Source: an uncultured Verrucomicrobiae bacterium (GTDB lineage: Bacteria; Verrucomicrobiota; Verrucomicrobiia; Chthoniobacterales; JAFAMB01). Taken from it: a stretch of 64,000 nucleotides of DNA. A program made the position numbers and the translations under genes. Shown piece by piece: positions 31,351 to 41,158 of the stretch. Every line of letters begins with the position of its first letter. Positions within the stretch are counted from its first letter, which is position 1. The notes under the pieces were generated by a model. The model did not search any database. It was not told where the DNA came from and worked only from the letters and a program-made list of their open reading frames with translations. The stretch covers positions 4,704,001 to 4,768,000 of the forward strand of contig CAWIPH010000002.1 in the NCBI GenBank assembly GCA_963837955.1, given 5' to 3'.

Positions 31351-32589
31351 ATGTCGGCCAGTAATCCTCGTATTTGTTGCTTGAAAGCGCTGCAGCGCTG
31401 GGAATCTAGCCGAGAGTTTGCCGACGGCGTCCTTCACCGAACTCTGGAGCAATCTGACCTACCGCTGAGCAATCGGGCTTTTGTCACCGAGACATTTTAC
31501 GGGGTAATCCGAAATCGTACGCTCCTAGACTTTGTCATCCGCAGATTTAGGGCAAACAAATTGGACGCCGCAACTCGCCAGGTTCTGCGGCTCGGTCTGT
31601 ATCAACTGTACAAAATGCGGATCCCGGCCCACGCCGCAGTCTATGAGACCGTGAATATTGCTGGGCCGGCCCGAACCCTGGTGAACGCCATTCTTCGAAA
31701 ATCGATCGCCGAAAAAGAGGCTGTCTTGGAAGAACTCGAGAACGCGCCGGCACATGTCCGTTATTCCCATCCGGAATTTCTTTACCTCAAGTGGGAAGGG
31801 GAAAGGGGTGAGTCCGAAGCTACTCAGCTTTGCGCCTGGAACAATCAACCGGCTAAGATTTATGTCCGAGCAAACGAGCTAAGAGTGACCCCGGGTGAGC
31901 TGTTGCACAGTTTTCCGGCGGCGAAGCCTTTGCCTGATCGAGAGAATTGTCTCGAGGTTGAGCACCTCCCTTCCGAGTGGATCGCCGCCGGCGTGGTTTA
32001 TGTCCAAGATCCGAGCACGCTCGTCGCCTGCGAGCTACTTGCACCAAAACCAGGCGAAACGGTACTCGACGCTTGCGCCGCGCCCGGGGGGAAGACCTGC
32101 TATCTGGCCCAGTTGATGAAGAACCAAGGAACCCTCTTCGCCGGAGACTACGAGCCGCTCCGGCTCGCTCGGTTACAACAGAATCTGACGAGGCTGGGAG
32201 TAACCAATGCGGAAGTGACCCTCATAGATTGGCTAAGGAACCCTCTCCCCGTCGGCAGTCCCACGTTCGATGCTATTTTGATCGATGCGCCATGCTCCAA
32301 CACCGGCGTAATCCGTCGGCGCACGGACGTCCGTTGGCGCCTGACACCGGACGATTTCCGCCGAATGTCTCATTTACAACTGCGGATGGTCGAAAACATC
32401 GTGCCCTATTTGCGCCGGGGAGGGCGGATGGTCTACAGCACCTGCAGCATTGAACCGGAAGAGAATGAGCATGTGGTTTCGCAAATTCTCGCCCACTTTC
32501 CAGAGCTGAATTGTTTGGAGTCCCGTAAAGTGGGGCCACTCCAAAATCAAATGGACGGCGCTTTCGCGGCGCTCTTTCGTAAGGATTGA
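31351..32589 (+). CDS. rsmB: 16S rRNA m5C967 methyltransferase (RsmB/Sun)
   Basis: NusB-like N-domain; LDACAAPGGKT, DAPCSNTG, YSTCS. Confidence 0.9.
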   Translation: MSASNPRICCLKALQRWESSREFADGVLHRTLEQSDLPLSNRAFVTETFYGVIRNRTLLDFVIRRFRANKLDAATRQVLRLGLYQLYKMRIPAHAAVYETVNIAGPARTLVNAILRKSIAEKEAVLEELENAPAHVRYSHPEFLYLKWEGERGESEATQLCAWNNQPAKIYVRANELRVTPGELLHSFPAAKPLPDRENCLEVEHLPSEWIAAGVVYVQDPSTLVACELLAPKPGETVLDACAAPGGKTCYLAQLMKNQGTLFAGDYEPLRLARLQQNLTRLGVTNAEVTLIDWLRNPLPVGSPTFDAILIDAPCSNTGVIRRRTDVRWRLTPDDFRRMSHLQLRMVENIVPYLRRGGRMVYSTCSIEPEENEHVVSQILAHFPELNCLESRKVGPLQNQMDGAFAALFRKD

Positions 32590-32590
32590 T

Positions 32591-32619
32591 AAAAAGGGCC
32601 GCGGGAGGGATCCCGCCCT
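32591..32619 (-). terminator. Intrinsic terminator candidate
   Basis: GCGGGA-GGGA-TCCCGC hairpin with an A5 run on its left (U-tract on the minus strand), between convergent genes. Confidence 0.55.
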
Positions 32620-32623
32620 CCTC

Positions 32624-34240
32624 TTATTCCGACTCAATCATCTTTCCAGACGGCCACTCCGTCGTATAGTCGAACTCGATTTGTTTCTTCTCGCCTGGGC
32701 CCAGATCGAGGTCCCAGGTGATTTTCCCGATATCCTTATCGACGCTGGTCGGTTTGATGGAATACTGGCCCGCCGTGACATTGATATCGTTATCCTGGGA
32801 AACCGGGATCTGGTCGTAGACCGTTAGCTTCAGCGGATTTTTACGAAAGTTTTGAATCGCAATCTGGTATTTCCGCTGATTCTGTTTGCGATGCGAGAGA
32901 ATCCCCACCTCGGAATCGCGATTTACCAATTCTTTGTACTCGATTTTCACTGCATCATCTCGACCACAAAACAGATCAAACTCCGCACCGGCTGGAACTT
33001 GAGCTAGGGACAGGCTCCCGATCAAATCACCGTCCCGGAACAGGTTCACCTTTCCTGGCAGCAGCGGGTCAGGGCTGGTGTTCTTGAGGTGATCCTTCAG
33101 GAACGCGGCCAATTCAAGCTTTGGAGTCGCCACGTACGATAGGTTTCCGTTCAGCTCGATTTGCGTAAGGTTCGTTCGGTGAGCTTGGCCGTCAGCGGGT
33201 ATCGTTACGGGTGCTGCCACCCGATAGGTCACTGAAAGTCCATTGCTCTCCAGTTGCGCGCTTTCGACCTCAGCTTGGACATCTTCATCACGGACGGCCT
33301 GACCCGGAGTCGGAGCAATAGTTGCTTTGCCGGCTTCCGACTTCAAAGCCGATCGAGGCGCAGGCAAGGGCACCGGCTGAGAGAATCTTAAATACCTAGG
33401 TTCCAGCTCAGGCATTTGGTCATTCTTTTCAGGACGAGCGGTGGAGACTGTTAATCTTGCATTTTCCCAATCTTCCCCGGTTCGCTGGCGAATCATCGCG
33501 TCGTACGACAGCGATACCTTCCCGCTAGAAGTGTCCACTCGCGCTTCGTATGTCGGCAGCCAAGAAGCGTTGTGAACAACGTAGCGTAGCTCAACGTGAA
33601 GTTGCGTAGCAGCCGGTGACTGGACACTAACGGACACACGACGTTGCTCCTTCTTTTGGCTGAGCTGGCTGAGCTCCGCCTGCACGCGTTCGATCTCAGG
33701 ATTGAGCTTGCGCTCCGCCGCGTCGACATCGAGGAAGGCGGCGGCAATCGTTGTTAATTCCCCCGAATAAAGCTCGTAAAGTTTCTTGAGCTCATCGGAC
33801 GAGAAAACCTGCTTATCATTGCGATCTCCGCCCGTATTCAATTTGCGGAAGAATTCTCGTTTGTCTTCGAGAACGCTTTTTTGCGATTGCAGTGCTCGTT
33901 GCTGATTCTGGAGCTGTTCGAGCTGCTTCAGGAGATCCGAGCTACGCGCATCGGCATTTCCGCTCAAGAATTCCCTCTGAACGTCCATCCCACGAATGGT
34001 GACTGAGCTACCGGCGCGAATGCTGACTCCTACAGAATTATCATCCAAGTCAGCGGGAAGACCTGTCAAATCAAACTGAGAGTCTCCGGCTGGCACATCC
34101 ACACTGACCTCACGCGACACCCGAGCGCGATCAGCATAAACAACTACTTCGGTTATCTTCGAAATTGCGGCTGGATCAGCAAAAACCGAAGAGCAAAGTT
34201 GCAAACTCAGCCCAGCGCAAACCCAAAAGCGAAAGTGCAT
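32624..34240 (-). CDS. MuiA-family secreted protein (DUF4140 + DUF4139)
   Basis: Signal peptide; ITEVVVYADRARVSR, coiled coil, ASWLPTY, QRTGEDW, LLPGKVN, DQIPVS. Confidence 0.85.
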   Translation of the reverse strand: MHFRFWVCAGLSLQLCSSVFADPAAISKITEVVVYADRARVSREVSVDVPAGDSQFDLTGLPADLDDNSVGVSIRAGSSVTIRGMDVQREFLSGNADARSSDLLKQLEQLQNQQRALQSQKSVLEDKREFFRKLNTGGDRNDKQVFSSDELKKLYELYSGELTTIAAAFLDVDAAERKLNPEIERVQAELSQLSQKKEQRRVSVSVQSPAATQLHVELRYVVHNASWLPTYEARVDTSSGKVSLSYDAMIRQRTGEDWENARLTVSTARPEKNDQMPELEPRYLRFSQPVPLPAPRSALKSEAGKATIAPTPGQAVRDEDVQAEVESAQLESNGLSVTYRVAAPVTIPADGQAHRTNLTQIELNGNLSYVATPKLELAAFLKDHLKNTSPDPLLPGKVNLFRDGDLIGSLSLAQVPAGAEFDLFCGRDDAVKIEYKELVNRDSEVGILSHRKQNQRKYQIAIQNFRKNPLKLTVYDQIPVSQDNDINVTAGQYSIKPTSVDKDIGKITWDLDLGPGEKKQIEFDYTTEWPSGKMIESE

Positions 34241-34325
34241 GGTCGTAGATTGTCCAAGCACACGTGATGGCCGATTTCGGCTCAGCATGCCTGTCGGAGA
34301 TTTGACAGACCGATTCTCGCTTCGT

Positions 34326-34691
34326 TCAAACCGGTGCGTTTTGGCGAATCACGCGGTTCTCGGCGCCTAACAGAATCACATTGGGTTGGTGACTTGCGGC
34401 TTCCTCCACATCATACCAACCGAAGCTCATTATAGTGAGAAGATCACCTGGCTTCCCAAGATGCGCTGTCGCACCGTTCAATTCGATCAGGCCACGCCCT
34501 CGGGCGCCATAGATTACGTAGGTCTCGAACCGCTGACCGTTTGTCAGGTTGCCCGCCAAAATGCGTTCGTACTCTTCCAGACCGGCTTCGTCGGCGAGAT
34601 CGGCCGAAATCGTGATGCTACCTTCGTAGTTCACGTCGGCCCCTGTCACCGTAGCGCGATGGATTTTCGATTTAAGGAGAGAAATGTGCAC
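34326..34691 (-). CDS. panD: Aspartate 1-decarboxylase
   Basis: KSKIHRATVT, YEGSITI cleavage site, NGQRFETY, LNGATAH. Confidence 0.95.
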   Translation of the reverse strand: MHISLLKSKIHRATVTGADVNYEGSITISADLADEAGLEEYERILAGNLTNGQRFETYVIYGARGRGLIELNGATAHLGKPGDLLTIMSFGWYDVEEAASHQPNVILLGAENRVIRQNAPV

Positions 34692-34755
34692 AATCGTTTA
34701 ATCCTACCTGCTAAATGCGTGCTGTCATCTTCGGCCAGCGGCCAAAATCGCTTTG

Positions 34756-35418
34756 TCAATCGTTCGGTCGAGTTCGCTTTGTGCAGATGTTTAAAACAGC
34801 AACCACTCTAGCAAGAAATTCTCGGCAGGTCAGTCGCCAGTTGTGACATCGCCCGACCGAATCCGCGTTTAGCCCAACTGCGTCGATTTGGCAATGCCTG
34901 CAGAAGAATAAAGCGCGACGGTTATGAAACTCTTGTGAGATGACCGTTAATCGATTTATCCCGAAGATGGATTTCGCCCGTATTACCGAATCCAGCGTGC
35001 GCACACCAGCCGGATCTTCCACTAAGACCTCCTCCGGGACACCGCGCATCATCAGAGCCCGACGCATTGCCGCCGGCTCATCGTACCCATCGTCCCGTCG
35101 ATGCCCGCTGAGAATGAGAATCTTAACCTTGCCCGCATGAAATAGTTGAGCAGCAGCATCCATTCGAAAGACGAAGTAGCGATTCGGTAGGCCATTCGCA
35201 AGCACCGGAGCGGTCCCCAGCAAAAGCCCGACTTCATTTTCCGGTGCTTCGGAAACAGAATTGAACACGGGAAAACCTCCGGCACGTGAAACCCACCAGT
35301 TACACAAAAATAGGAAAAAGCTCGCACCGCCGAGATTGAGTAAGATCGATCCGATGAGAAACCGACCGTTGAAATTGCCGAAGCGTCGGAAAAGCGACGA
35401 GACTGACCGATCCATCAT
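34756..35418 (-). CDS. sanA: SanA/ElyC/YdcF (DUF218) family protein
   Basis: N-terminal TM, GLLLGT, NRYF..R, YDEP, AGVRTLDS, SQEFH..RA, REFLAR. Confidence 0.85.
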   Translation of the reverse strand: MMDRSVSSLFRRFGNFNGRFLIGSILLNLGGASFFLFLCNWWVSRAGGFPVFNSVSEAPENEVGLLLGTAPVLANGLPNRYFVFRMDAAAQLFHAGKVKILILSGHRRDDGYDEPAAMRRALMMRGVPEEVLVEDPAGVRTLDSVIRAKSIFGINRLTVISQEFHNRRALFFCRHCQIDAVGLNADSVGRCHNWRLTCREFLARVVAVLNICTKRTRPND

Positions 35419-37109
35419 GAGCGCAATATCCGGATTAGGCCTTGCGGCAGATGTACCCTGACGAGAGCAAGCGCAATGAGCAGCAGATTAGCGTTCGGTC
35501 GAAATCCAAGATACCGCCCCTGCCAGATCGGCTGGTATTTCTTTTTAAATTCGAATAGGGACTTATATCCGTAATAACGGTTAAACTTCTCGAACAAAAA
35601 TTTTACGGCTTTCTCTTCCCTGCCGTAAAGCCGCCGATTCTGCTCGACGTTGGCTAAGGGCGCATTCCCCAAGCTAACCTCTTCCACTTCGAGTTCCCTA
35701 AAATGATCGATCGACTCCACTATCAAAAAATCCATCACGCCTTTCGCAGACGAATGGCTTCGCATCAGGTCAAGGCTGCGTCCGCGACCTCGCTTGTATG
35801 GGAGCCAGGTCGCGAAGGCTTCCAACTTGGAGTCCGCGTCGAAAATTGTGGCTACTCCACCTCTTCGGATTTGCTGGAGATTGAATGATCCGAGATCGAA
35901 ACCCATCTCTGTTCCTTGTTTTTCCCGCACCCATTCATCTGAAAGAATCTTAAGCTGAGCTTCGAGCCCGTAATCATAAGGCCCATTACCAGGCTGGTAC
36001 CAGCGGAGCTCTTTGCCATCCTTCCGGGCTTTGTTACACGCAGTCCTCAGGTTCTGGAACTTGCCTCCTTTTAGATTGAAATCGCTGACACTCAGTCGAG
36101 CATCCTCGCCTACCTTGAAACTTTTCAGGCCACACTGGCTAAAAATTGGTCGCAGCTCCGAGCGAGCGAAATAGAACACCGGCTGCCAATCTTGCGCTGC
36201 ACAGAAGCGGACGAAATCTTGGGTGGCCGAGAACCAATTCTCCGGCGGGCCCACCGGTCCGACCAAACAGACGGCAAAATTTCGCCAAAGCGCGTAGGCA
36301 AAGAAAGAACGACCGTCAGCCGTAAAGAAATACCGCTTGTCCGGTAGCAGCGCAAATTCATCCAGCGGGTCAGATCCACAATCGTCAATTATCTTTCGAA
36401 CCCGAGTGAGATCTGAACTGGAGGTGACTCTCCGTTCGAAAACTGGTCGGAGCAAGAGCGCCACCATGATCAAGCCGCAAAACATTCCACCTGCACTAAC
36501 CTGGATAAAAAAACTTGCTGCTCGCGGAGTAACCGCGATCTGCGAATCGGTTGATTGCAGGAAGATGAGTTCCAACGCCGTTTGCACCGCGCCAGCAACG
36601 TCTACGCGGCCGGCTACCTGCCCATGGAGTTGCACTAAACCAGAAACGGCATACACAAAGACTCCAATAAAAATCGGTACGCCAATGACCAATGCCCATC
36701 GAATTGAGCCCCGATCCGACTCGGCTATGTAGTCTCGGCGTCGCCAAATGAGCAGCGCAAAGATGGCGGCCGGCAGAATCGCACGATCAAGAGCGAGTCC
36801 CCGAGCAAGCTGCAAAATTGTTGTCAGGGACAATAAGACGACGGCGATCCACCAGGCCGCTCGTTTGCGACGCCAAACACCGCGAGCGATTCCGAGCAAG
36901 CAAAAACCGCTTAAATACATGCCCAGGCGGCTCGATTCAGACATGTCGAGTGGAAGGAATGGCTCCATCCATTCGATGACGCCCGGCTCTTTCGGGAGTA
37001 AGGCCTCGAGGATGCTTATGATCCCGACCGTCGCTACGAACCAGGCGACCAAATGCACCCAACGTTGCGTGCGACGAAATTCTGCCTGGGCTTCCTTGCT
37101 CGGTTTCAC
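35415..37109 (-). CDS. Aminoacyl-phosphatidylglycerol synthase (MprF/LpiA-like, DUF2156), short form
   Basis: About 5-6 TM segments, then PDKRYFF, VGEDA, LDLMR, SLGNAPLA, YGYKSLFEFKKKYQPIW. Confidence 0.9.
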   Translation of the reverse strand: MKPSKEAQAEFRRTQRWVHLVAWFVATVGIISILEALLPKEPGVIEWMEPFLPLDMSESSRLGMYLSGFCLLGIARGVWRRKRAAWWIAVVLLSLTTILQLARGLALDRAILPAAIFALLIWRRRDYIAESDRGSIRWALVIGVPIFIGVFVYAVSGLVQLHGQVAGRVDVAGAVQTALELIFLQSTDSQIAVTPRAASFFIQVSAGGMFCGLIMVALLLRPVFERRVTSSSDLTRVRKIIDDCGSDPLDEFALLPDKRYFFTADGRSFFAYALWRNFAVCLVGPVGPPENWFSATQDFVRFCAAQDWQPVFYFARSELRPIFSQCGLKSFKVGEDARLSVSDFNLKGGKFQNLRTACNKARKDGKELRWYQPGNGPYDYGLEAQLKILSDEWVREKQGTEMGFDLGSFNLQQIRRGGVATIFDADSKLEAFATWLPYKRGRGRSLDLMRSHSSAKGVMDFLIVESIDHFRELEVEEVSLGNAPLANVEQNRRLYGREEKAVKFLFEKFNRYYGYKSLFEFKKKYQPIWQGRYLGFRPNANLLLIALALVRVHLPQGLIRILRS

Positions 37110-37127
37110 TTCAGATCGTCTTCCGCG

Positions 37128-37898
37128 TTAGTCGCTGGTCACACGATCGCCAACTGATTTTGCCGGGTCGAGAATCCAATTGATACCTTCGAGCAAATCG
37201 TGTTCAAACGCCTCGTCGACGCCGTTAAAATCATGGTTCGAATTCTCTAGCTCAAACAATCGATGCGGACTCTTGAGGCCCTTGATCCAATCCGTGTTAT
37301 TCATCCAATCACCGACCCCTTCGAACTGGACTACCCGGAGATTAGCAACCTGTGCGGTAAAATCGCCGACTCCAAAAGTGTCTTCTCCCTCCGGTTCAAG
37401 TCCGACTCTTTCGGGTAAACGCAGACCGTAACGGCCGCGCTTACCCGCGCTAAGCAGAACCAACCCTACCAAACTCCGCGGCCGTCCCACATCTCCGGCA
37501 GCGGCGACGGCTTGAACCGCGCCCATGGACCAACCGCCATAAATGACTGGAAGACCAGGATTTTTGGTCCGAGCCAACGCATCTTGAGTAATCGCCGTAA
37601 AATCCGCGATCAACGTAGGAGCGTCGTAATCCGTTTCAGCGTACTTGTTACAATCGATGCCGACAGCGTAAATGCCTTGGCTTGCTAAGTACGTGCAAAC
37701 GCGATTCTCCAAGTAGCCCCAGCCACCATCCCCAGAGCCAAAAAGCAAGAGTGCCCGAGCAACTCCCGTAGTCGCAAAATGGTACGTTCCAAATGGTCCA
37801 CGTTTCAGCGGCAGAGTGATCGTCGGGGCTAGCGGTTCGTCACCGCTCGACGAATTCAACGTTCCAATCAAAAGAATAAAAACAAAAAGGGACCTCAT
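37128..37898 (-). CDS. AcvB/VirJ-family aminoacyl-PG hydrolase
   Basis: Signal peptide, SGDGGW, GWSMGA nucleophile elbow, HDFNG; adjacent to the MprF-like gene. Start at 37898 or 37949. Confidence 0.85.
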   Translation of the reverse strand: MRSLFVFILLIGTLNSSSGDEPLAPTITLPLKRGPFGTYHFATTGVARALLLFGSGDGGWGYLENRVCTYLASQGIYAVGIDCNKYAETDYDAPTLIADFTAITQDALARTKNPGLPVIYGGWSMGAVQAVAAAGDVGRPRSLVGLVLLSAGKRGRYGLRLPERVGLEPEGEDTFGVGDFTAQVANLRVVQFEGVGDWMNNTDWIKGLKSPHRLFELENSNHDFNGVDEAFEHDLLEGINWILDPAKSVGDRVTSD

Positions 37899-38043
37899 GC
37901 GGACAGGCGGAAGGGTTGAGATGAGTGAGCAGAATATGCGTCTGAACATCAGCAAGTTCGCATTCTCCGAATCTCTTTGAAGTATTAAGCACGAAGTCCG
38001 GACCTCTGAAATCACCATTTCCGAGAGCTCCCGAAAGCAGGGA

Positions 38044-38760
38044 TCAAACACCACCGACAATGTGAGGGAGAAGAGAGCGGAGCGTGCGGAAATCCCATTG
38101 CCCGGGTAGCGCAGCCTCGCCGCAGGCGGTGTATATCAGCTCTGAGCCCAGCTGGGCGAACAGCAATCTGGATATCTTTCCAAATGGCCCCATCCCCATC
38201 GCTGCAACTTTGATCCTTGATTGGCCAACCAGGAAATTGCCTAGTCGAACCAATTCTTCCCAGGAGTTCAATTGCGTCGAAATCTTAAAGATCGCGCCGG
38301 GGTACTGGGCTTCTGATTCATTTGCCCATCGCTCCATTTGTTCTTCGCTTGGCGTTTGCTCAAAATCATGAACCGAAATAATCAACTGTTTCGCAGCGGC
38401 GCGCGCTGCGCTGATCACTTCCGAGTAAAGGCTAAAGTTCCGCAACTCGATGTCGATGTATTCCACATGGGGAAGCAATCTTTCGAAGAGATTCAGGCGT
38501 TCCTTTTCGCTGAGACTTGGCCTACCGCCTTCCTTTGGATCGCGAATCGTCAATATTTTCGAAAACGGCAAAGCCATCCGGCATTCGCGTTCTTCAAACC
38601 GCTCTGTGGTTAAGAGATCCATGCGTAGCTCGCATAGGTCGAGACCAGCAAAATCTCCGCGAGTCACGAGTTCCCAGTCTGCTCGGGACGCGACTACCCC
38701 AACAATCCTGGGCTTGCGCCCAAGTAATCGGGCATCTATACGATCGGATTTGGTTTCCAT
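38044..38760 (-). CDS. aroD: Type I 3-dehydroquinate dehydratase
   Basis: ELRMD, TIRDPKEGG, IDIEL, ISVHDF..TP, MGMGPFGKISR, PGQ. Confidence 0.9.
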   Translation of the reverse strand: METKSDRIDARLLGRKPRIVGVVASRADWELVTRGDFAGLDLCELRMDLLTTERFEERECRMALPFSKILTIRDPKEGGRPSLSEKERLNLFERLLPHVEYIDIELRNFSLYSEVISAARAAAKQLIISVHDFEQTPSEEQMERWANESEAQYPGAIFKISTQLNSWEELVRLGNFLVGQSRIKVAAMGMGPFGKISRLLFAQLGSELIYTACGEAALPGQWDFRTLRSLLPHIVGGV

Positions 38761-38806
38761 GAAGGTTGGGCCAGCAAACGGAAAATTAAAGAATAGGCTA
38801 CCGCGA

Positions 38807-40198
38807 CTGCTCGGGCGCAAGCAGGAAATCGATCTGCAGCTCAATCAGGTGATCGATGCTGTACTTTTAGTGCTTTCGTTGTGGGCGGCTCACACGCTCC
38901 GCTGGTACGTTGGAGAAGTCTTTCCGGGCATTCCAGAAATTGAACCATTCAAGGTTTTCGTGTGGCTCATTGTCATCATCATGCCCTTCGGGCCGCTGTT
39001 CTTGGATTTAAATGGGTTTTATCTTTTCCCCCTCCAGAAAAGTGTCTTGAAATCGACTGATCAGATCGCACGAGCAATGCTTTGGCTCGCGTTGCTGATC
39101 GCCGCCTGCACGATCTTCTTTAAGCTGAACGTTAACAGCCGCTCGGTCCTGATTTTATTTGCGGTGGTCGGGCTTATCGTCCTCCTGATTAAGGAACGCG
39201 TAGCGGTTGCTTACCTGCGAAGTAGAGTTGCGAACGGCGATTACAAGGAACGCGTGGTCATCGCTGGCTCGTCCGCAGAGATGCAAAGCTTCTCTGCGCG
39301 TCTCAGCGAAGATCAGCGCGCCGAAATCGACGTTGTCGAGGTCATCGATATCGGACAGCAGCCGATTTCGGAACTGGTTCGCGCGCTTCATCAGCATTCG
39401 GTTGGACGCGTGCTCTTCGTGACCTCGCGGACGGAGTTGAGTAGGGTGGAAGAAGCAATTGCCGCTTGCGAAATCGAGGGGGTCGAAGCGTGGCTCATCG
39501 CTGGTTTCATCCGCACTTCAATCGCCCGTCCGGTGTTTGATCTCTTCGGCTCTCAACCGATGCTGGTTTTTCGATCCACGCCAGATGTATCGTGGTCCCT
39601 TTTGATCAAGCGCAGCGTCGACTTGGTTGGCTCGCTAATCGGCCTCATCCTCTTCGCTCCACTCATGTTTGTCGTTGCGGTCTTGATTCGGATGACTTCC
39701 CCTGGACCGGCGATCTTCGCGCAGACCCGTTGCGGCAAACATGGCGAACCATTCAAAATGTTCAAATTCCGGTCGATGTATTCCGATGCCGAACAGCGAC
39801 GGCACGAACTGGAAGAATACAATCAGATGAGCGGCCCGGTTTTCAAGCTGGAGAAGGATCCGCGAATCACGCCGCTCGGACGCTGGTTGCGCAGGTATAG
39901 TATCGACGAGTTGCCGCAACTTTTTAACGTTCTGACCGGCCAAATGAGTTTAGTGGGACCGCGTCCCCTACCCACTTACGAAGTGGAAAATTTTGCCAAT
40001 CCAGCGCAAAGACGTCGTCTGAGCGTCAAACCAGGGATCACCTGTTTATGGCAGATCTCCGGACGAAGCGAGGTGCGAGAATTTGAGGCGTGGGTGAAAC
40101 TCGATCTGGAATACATTGATAACTGGTCCATTTGGCTCGATTTCCGCATTCTGTTACTGACCGCTCCAGCGGTTCTAGGCGGCTCCGGAGCTAGATGA
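38807..40198 (+). CDS. Polyprenyl glycosylphosphotransferase (priming sugar transferase); start uncertain
   Basis: N-terminal TMs, [46 protein letters not shown]. Confidence 0.9.
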   Translation: MLGRKQEIDLQLNQVIDAVLLVLSLWAAHTLRWYVGEVFPGIPEIEPFKVFVWLIVIIMPFGPLFLDLNGFYLFPLQKSVLKSTDQIARAMLWLALLIAACTIFFKLNVNSRSVLILFAVVGLIVLLIKERVAVAYLRSRVANGDYKERVVIAGSSAEMQSFSARLSEDQRAEIDVVEVIDIGQQPISELVRALHQHSVGRVLFVTSRTELSRVEEAIAACEIEGVEAWLIAGFIRTSIARPVFDLFGSQPMLVFRSTPDVSWSLLIKRSVDLVGSLIGLILFAPLMFVVAVLIRMTSPGPAIFAQTRCGKHGEPFKMFKFRSMYSDAEQRRHELEEYNQMSGPVFKLEKDPRITPLGRWLRRYSIDELPQLFNVLTGQMSLVGPRPLPTYEVENFANPAQRRRLSVKPGITCLWQISGRSEVREFEAWVKLDLEYIDNWSIWLDFRILLLTAPAVLGGSGAR

Positions 40199-40273
40199 GC
40201 TCGGGTCCGCGTGATCCATCAGTCGCGACGGTGTGGGATTCCCACGATTGACGCCATTCTTCGATGGCGGTCC

Positions 40274-40954
40274 CTATTCGCCCAACTTTTCGTAGAAGCG
40301 CAGCGCCTCAATCTTTGGCACCAACTCGTATAGCGGGTAAATACCTTCTTCTCCATTCGATCCCGGATCTTGGATCAGATAACGAAAACCCCGTTTTCCG
40401 ACGATAACCACAAAATGGGTAATCCCGGAACTCAAGCGGATACGAATGATGACCGGATTACCGTGTAATAGATTGTTATCGATAAGATAGTAGGAAGGAG
40501 CGTCCTCGTAGACATGCTTTGCCTTTCCCGGCGCAAAAGCGGCCGCTTTCTCCCAGTAAAGCCAGCCCTGCGGGGTGTAACCACCGTTGTCAGTCAGAAA
40601 CGTATTGAGCGCGCCCGGATCAACGTTTACTCCGTAGTAAGCGAGCACCATAGCCGCCGAGCTCACCGCACAACCTTCGCCGCCAATCGTCGAGTCGGTT
40701 GGGCCAAGTAGATCCTCCGCCCACCTAGGGTCAGCTTGCGCAAATCTCGGAACATTCAACTCGACCCGAGAGAAAAAATACATCCCGCCTGAAGCTGAGA
40801 TCTCCCTCTTGCCGAAGTAATAGGTCAAAGCAGCTGCGACCAACAGCAATACCAAGAACACGGCTCCGACAATCAAGATTGATTTTCCGCGGGGGCGATT
40901 TCGATATACGGTCTCGGGTGGGTTCGCCTCAATCTTTTCCGTCTGCATGAGCAA
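40274..40954 (-). CDS. Membrane-anchored C39-like cysteine peptidase
   Basis: TM anchor; FAQADPRW, GCAVSSAAM, HFVVIVG, IQDP. Confidence 0.85.
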   Translation of the reverse strand: MLMQTEKIEANPPETVYRNRPRGKSILIVGAVFLVLLLVAAALTYYFGKREISASGGMYFFSRVELNVPRFAQADPRWAEDLLGPTDSTIGGEGCAVSSAAMVLAYYGVNVDPGALNTFLTDNGGYTPQGWLYWEKAAAFAPGKAKHVYEDAPSYYLIDNNLLHGNPVIIRIRLSSGITHFVVIVGKRGFRYLIQDPGSNGEEGIYPLYELVPKIEALRFYEKLGE

Positions 40955-41158
40955 TCCTCAACGGGATGCCACTCATGTTACGCAGTTTACCGATCCGTGC
41001 CGCATTTATTGTTTCGAATAGATTCTAAACTTTTGGGTCCTTTGGCCGATGAATTTGATTACGTCTGTACAAAGTTTCGCAATTCGCTGCAAAATGTGCA
41101 TCAGCCCGTAGTACAGCCCAACGGCCTTGAATTGCGGATCTGATGCCAGTGACGTGGG

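Noticed and set aside
38450..38806. Long N-terminal extension of the sugar transferase in the ORF track
   Set aside because: Most of it overlaps aroD on the opposite strand and it shows no family features.
40233..40269. Two short palindromes (GTGGGATTCCCAC and CGCCAT-N6-ATGGCG)
   Set aside because: No U-tract or repeat copies seen; insufficient to call a terminator or repeat.
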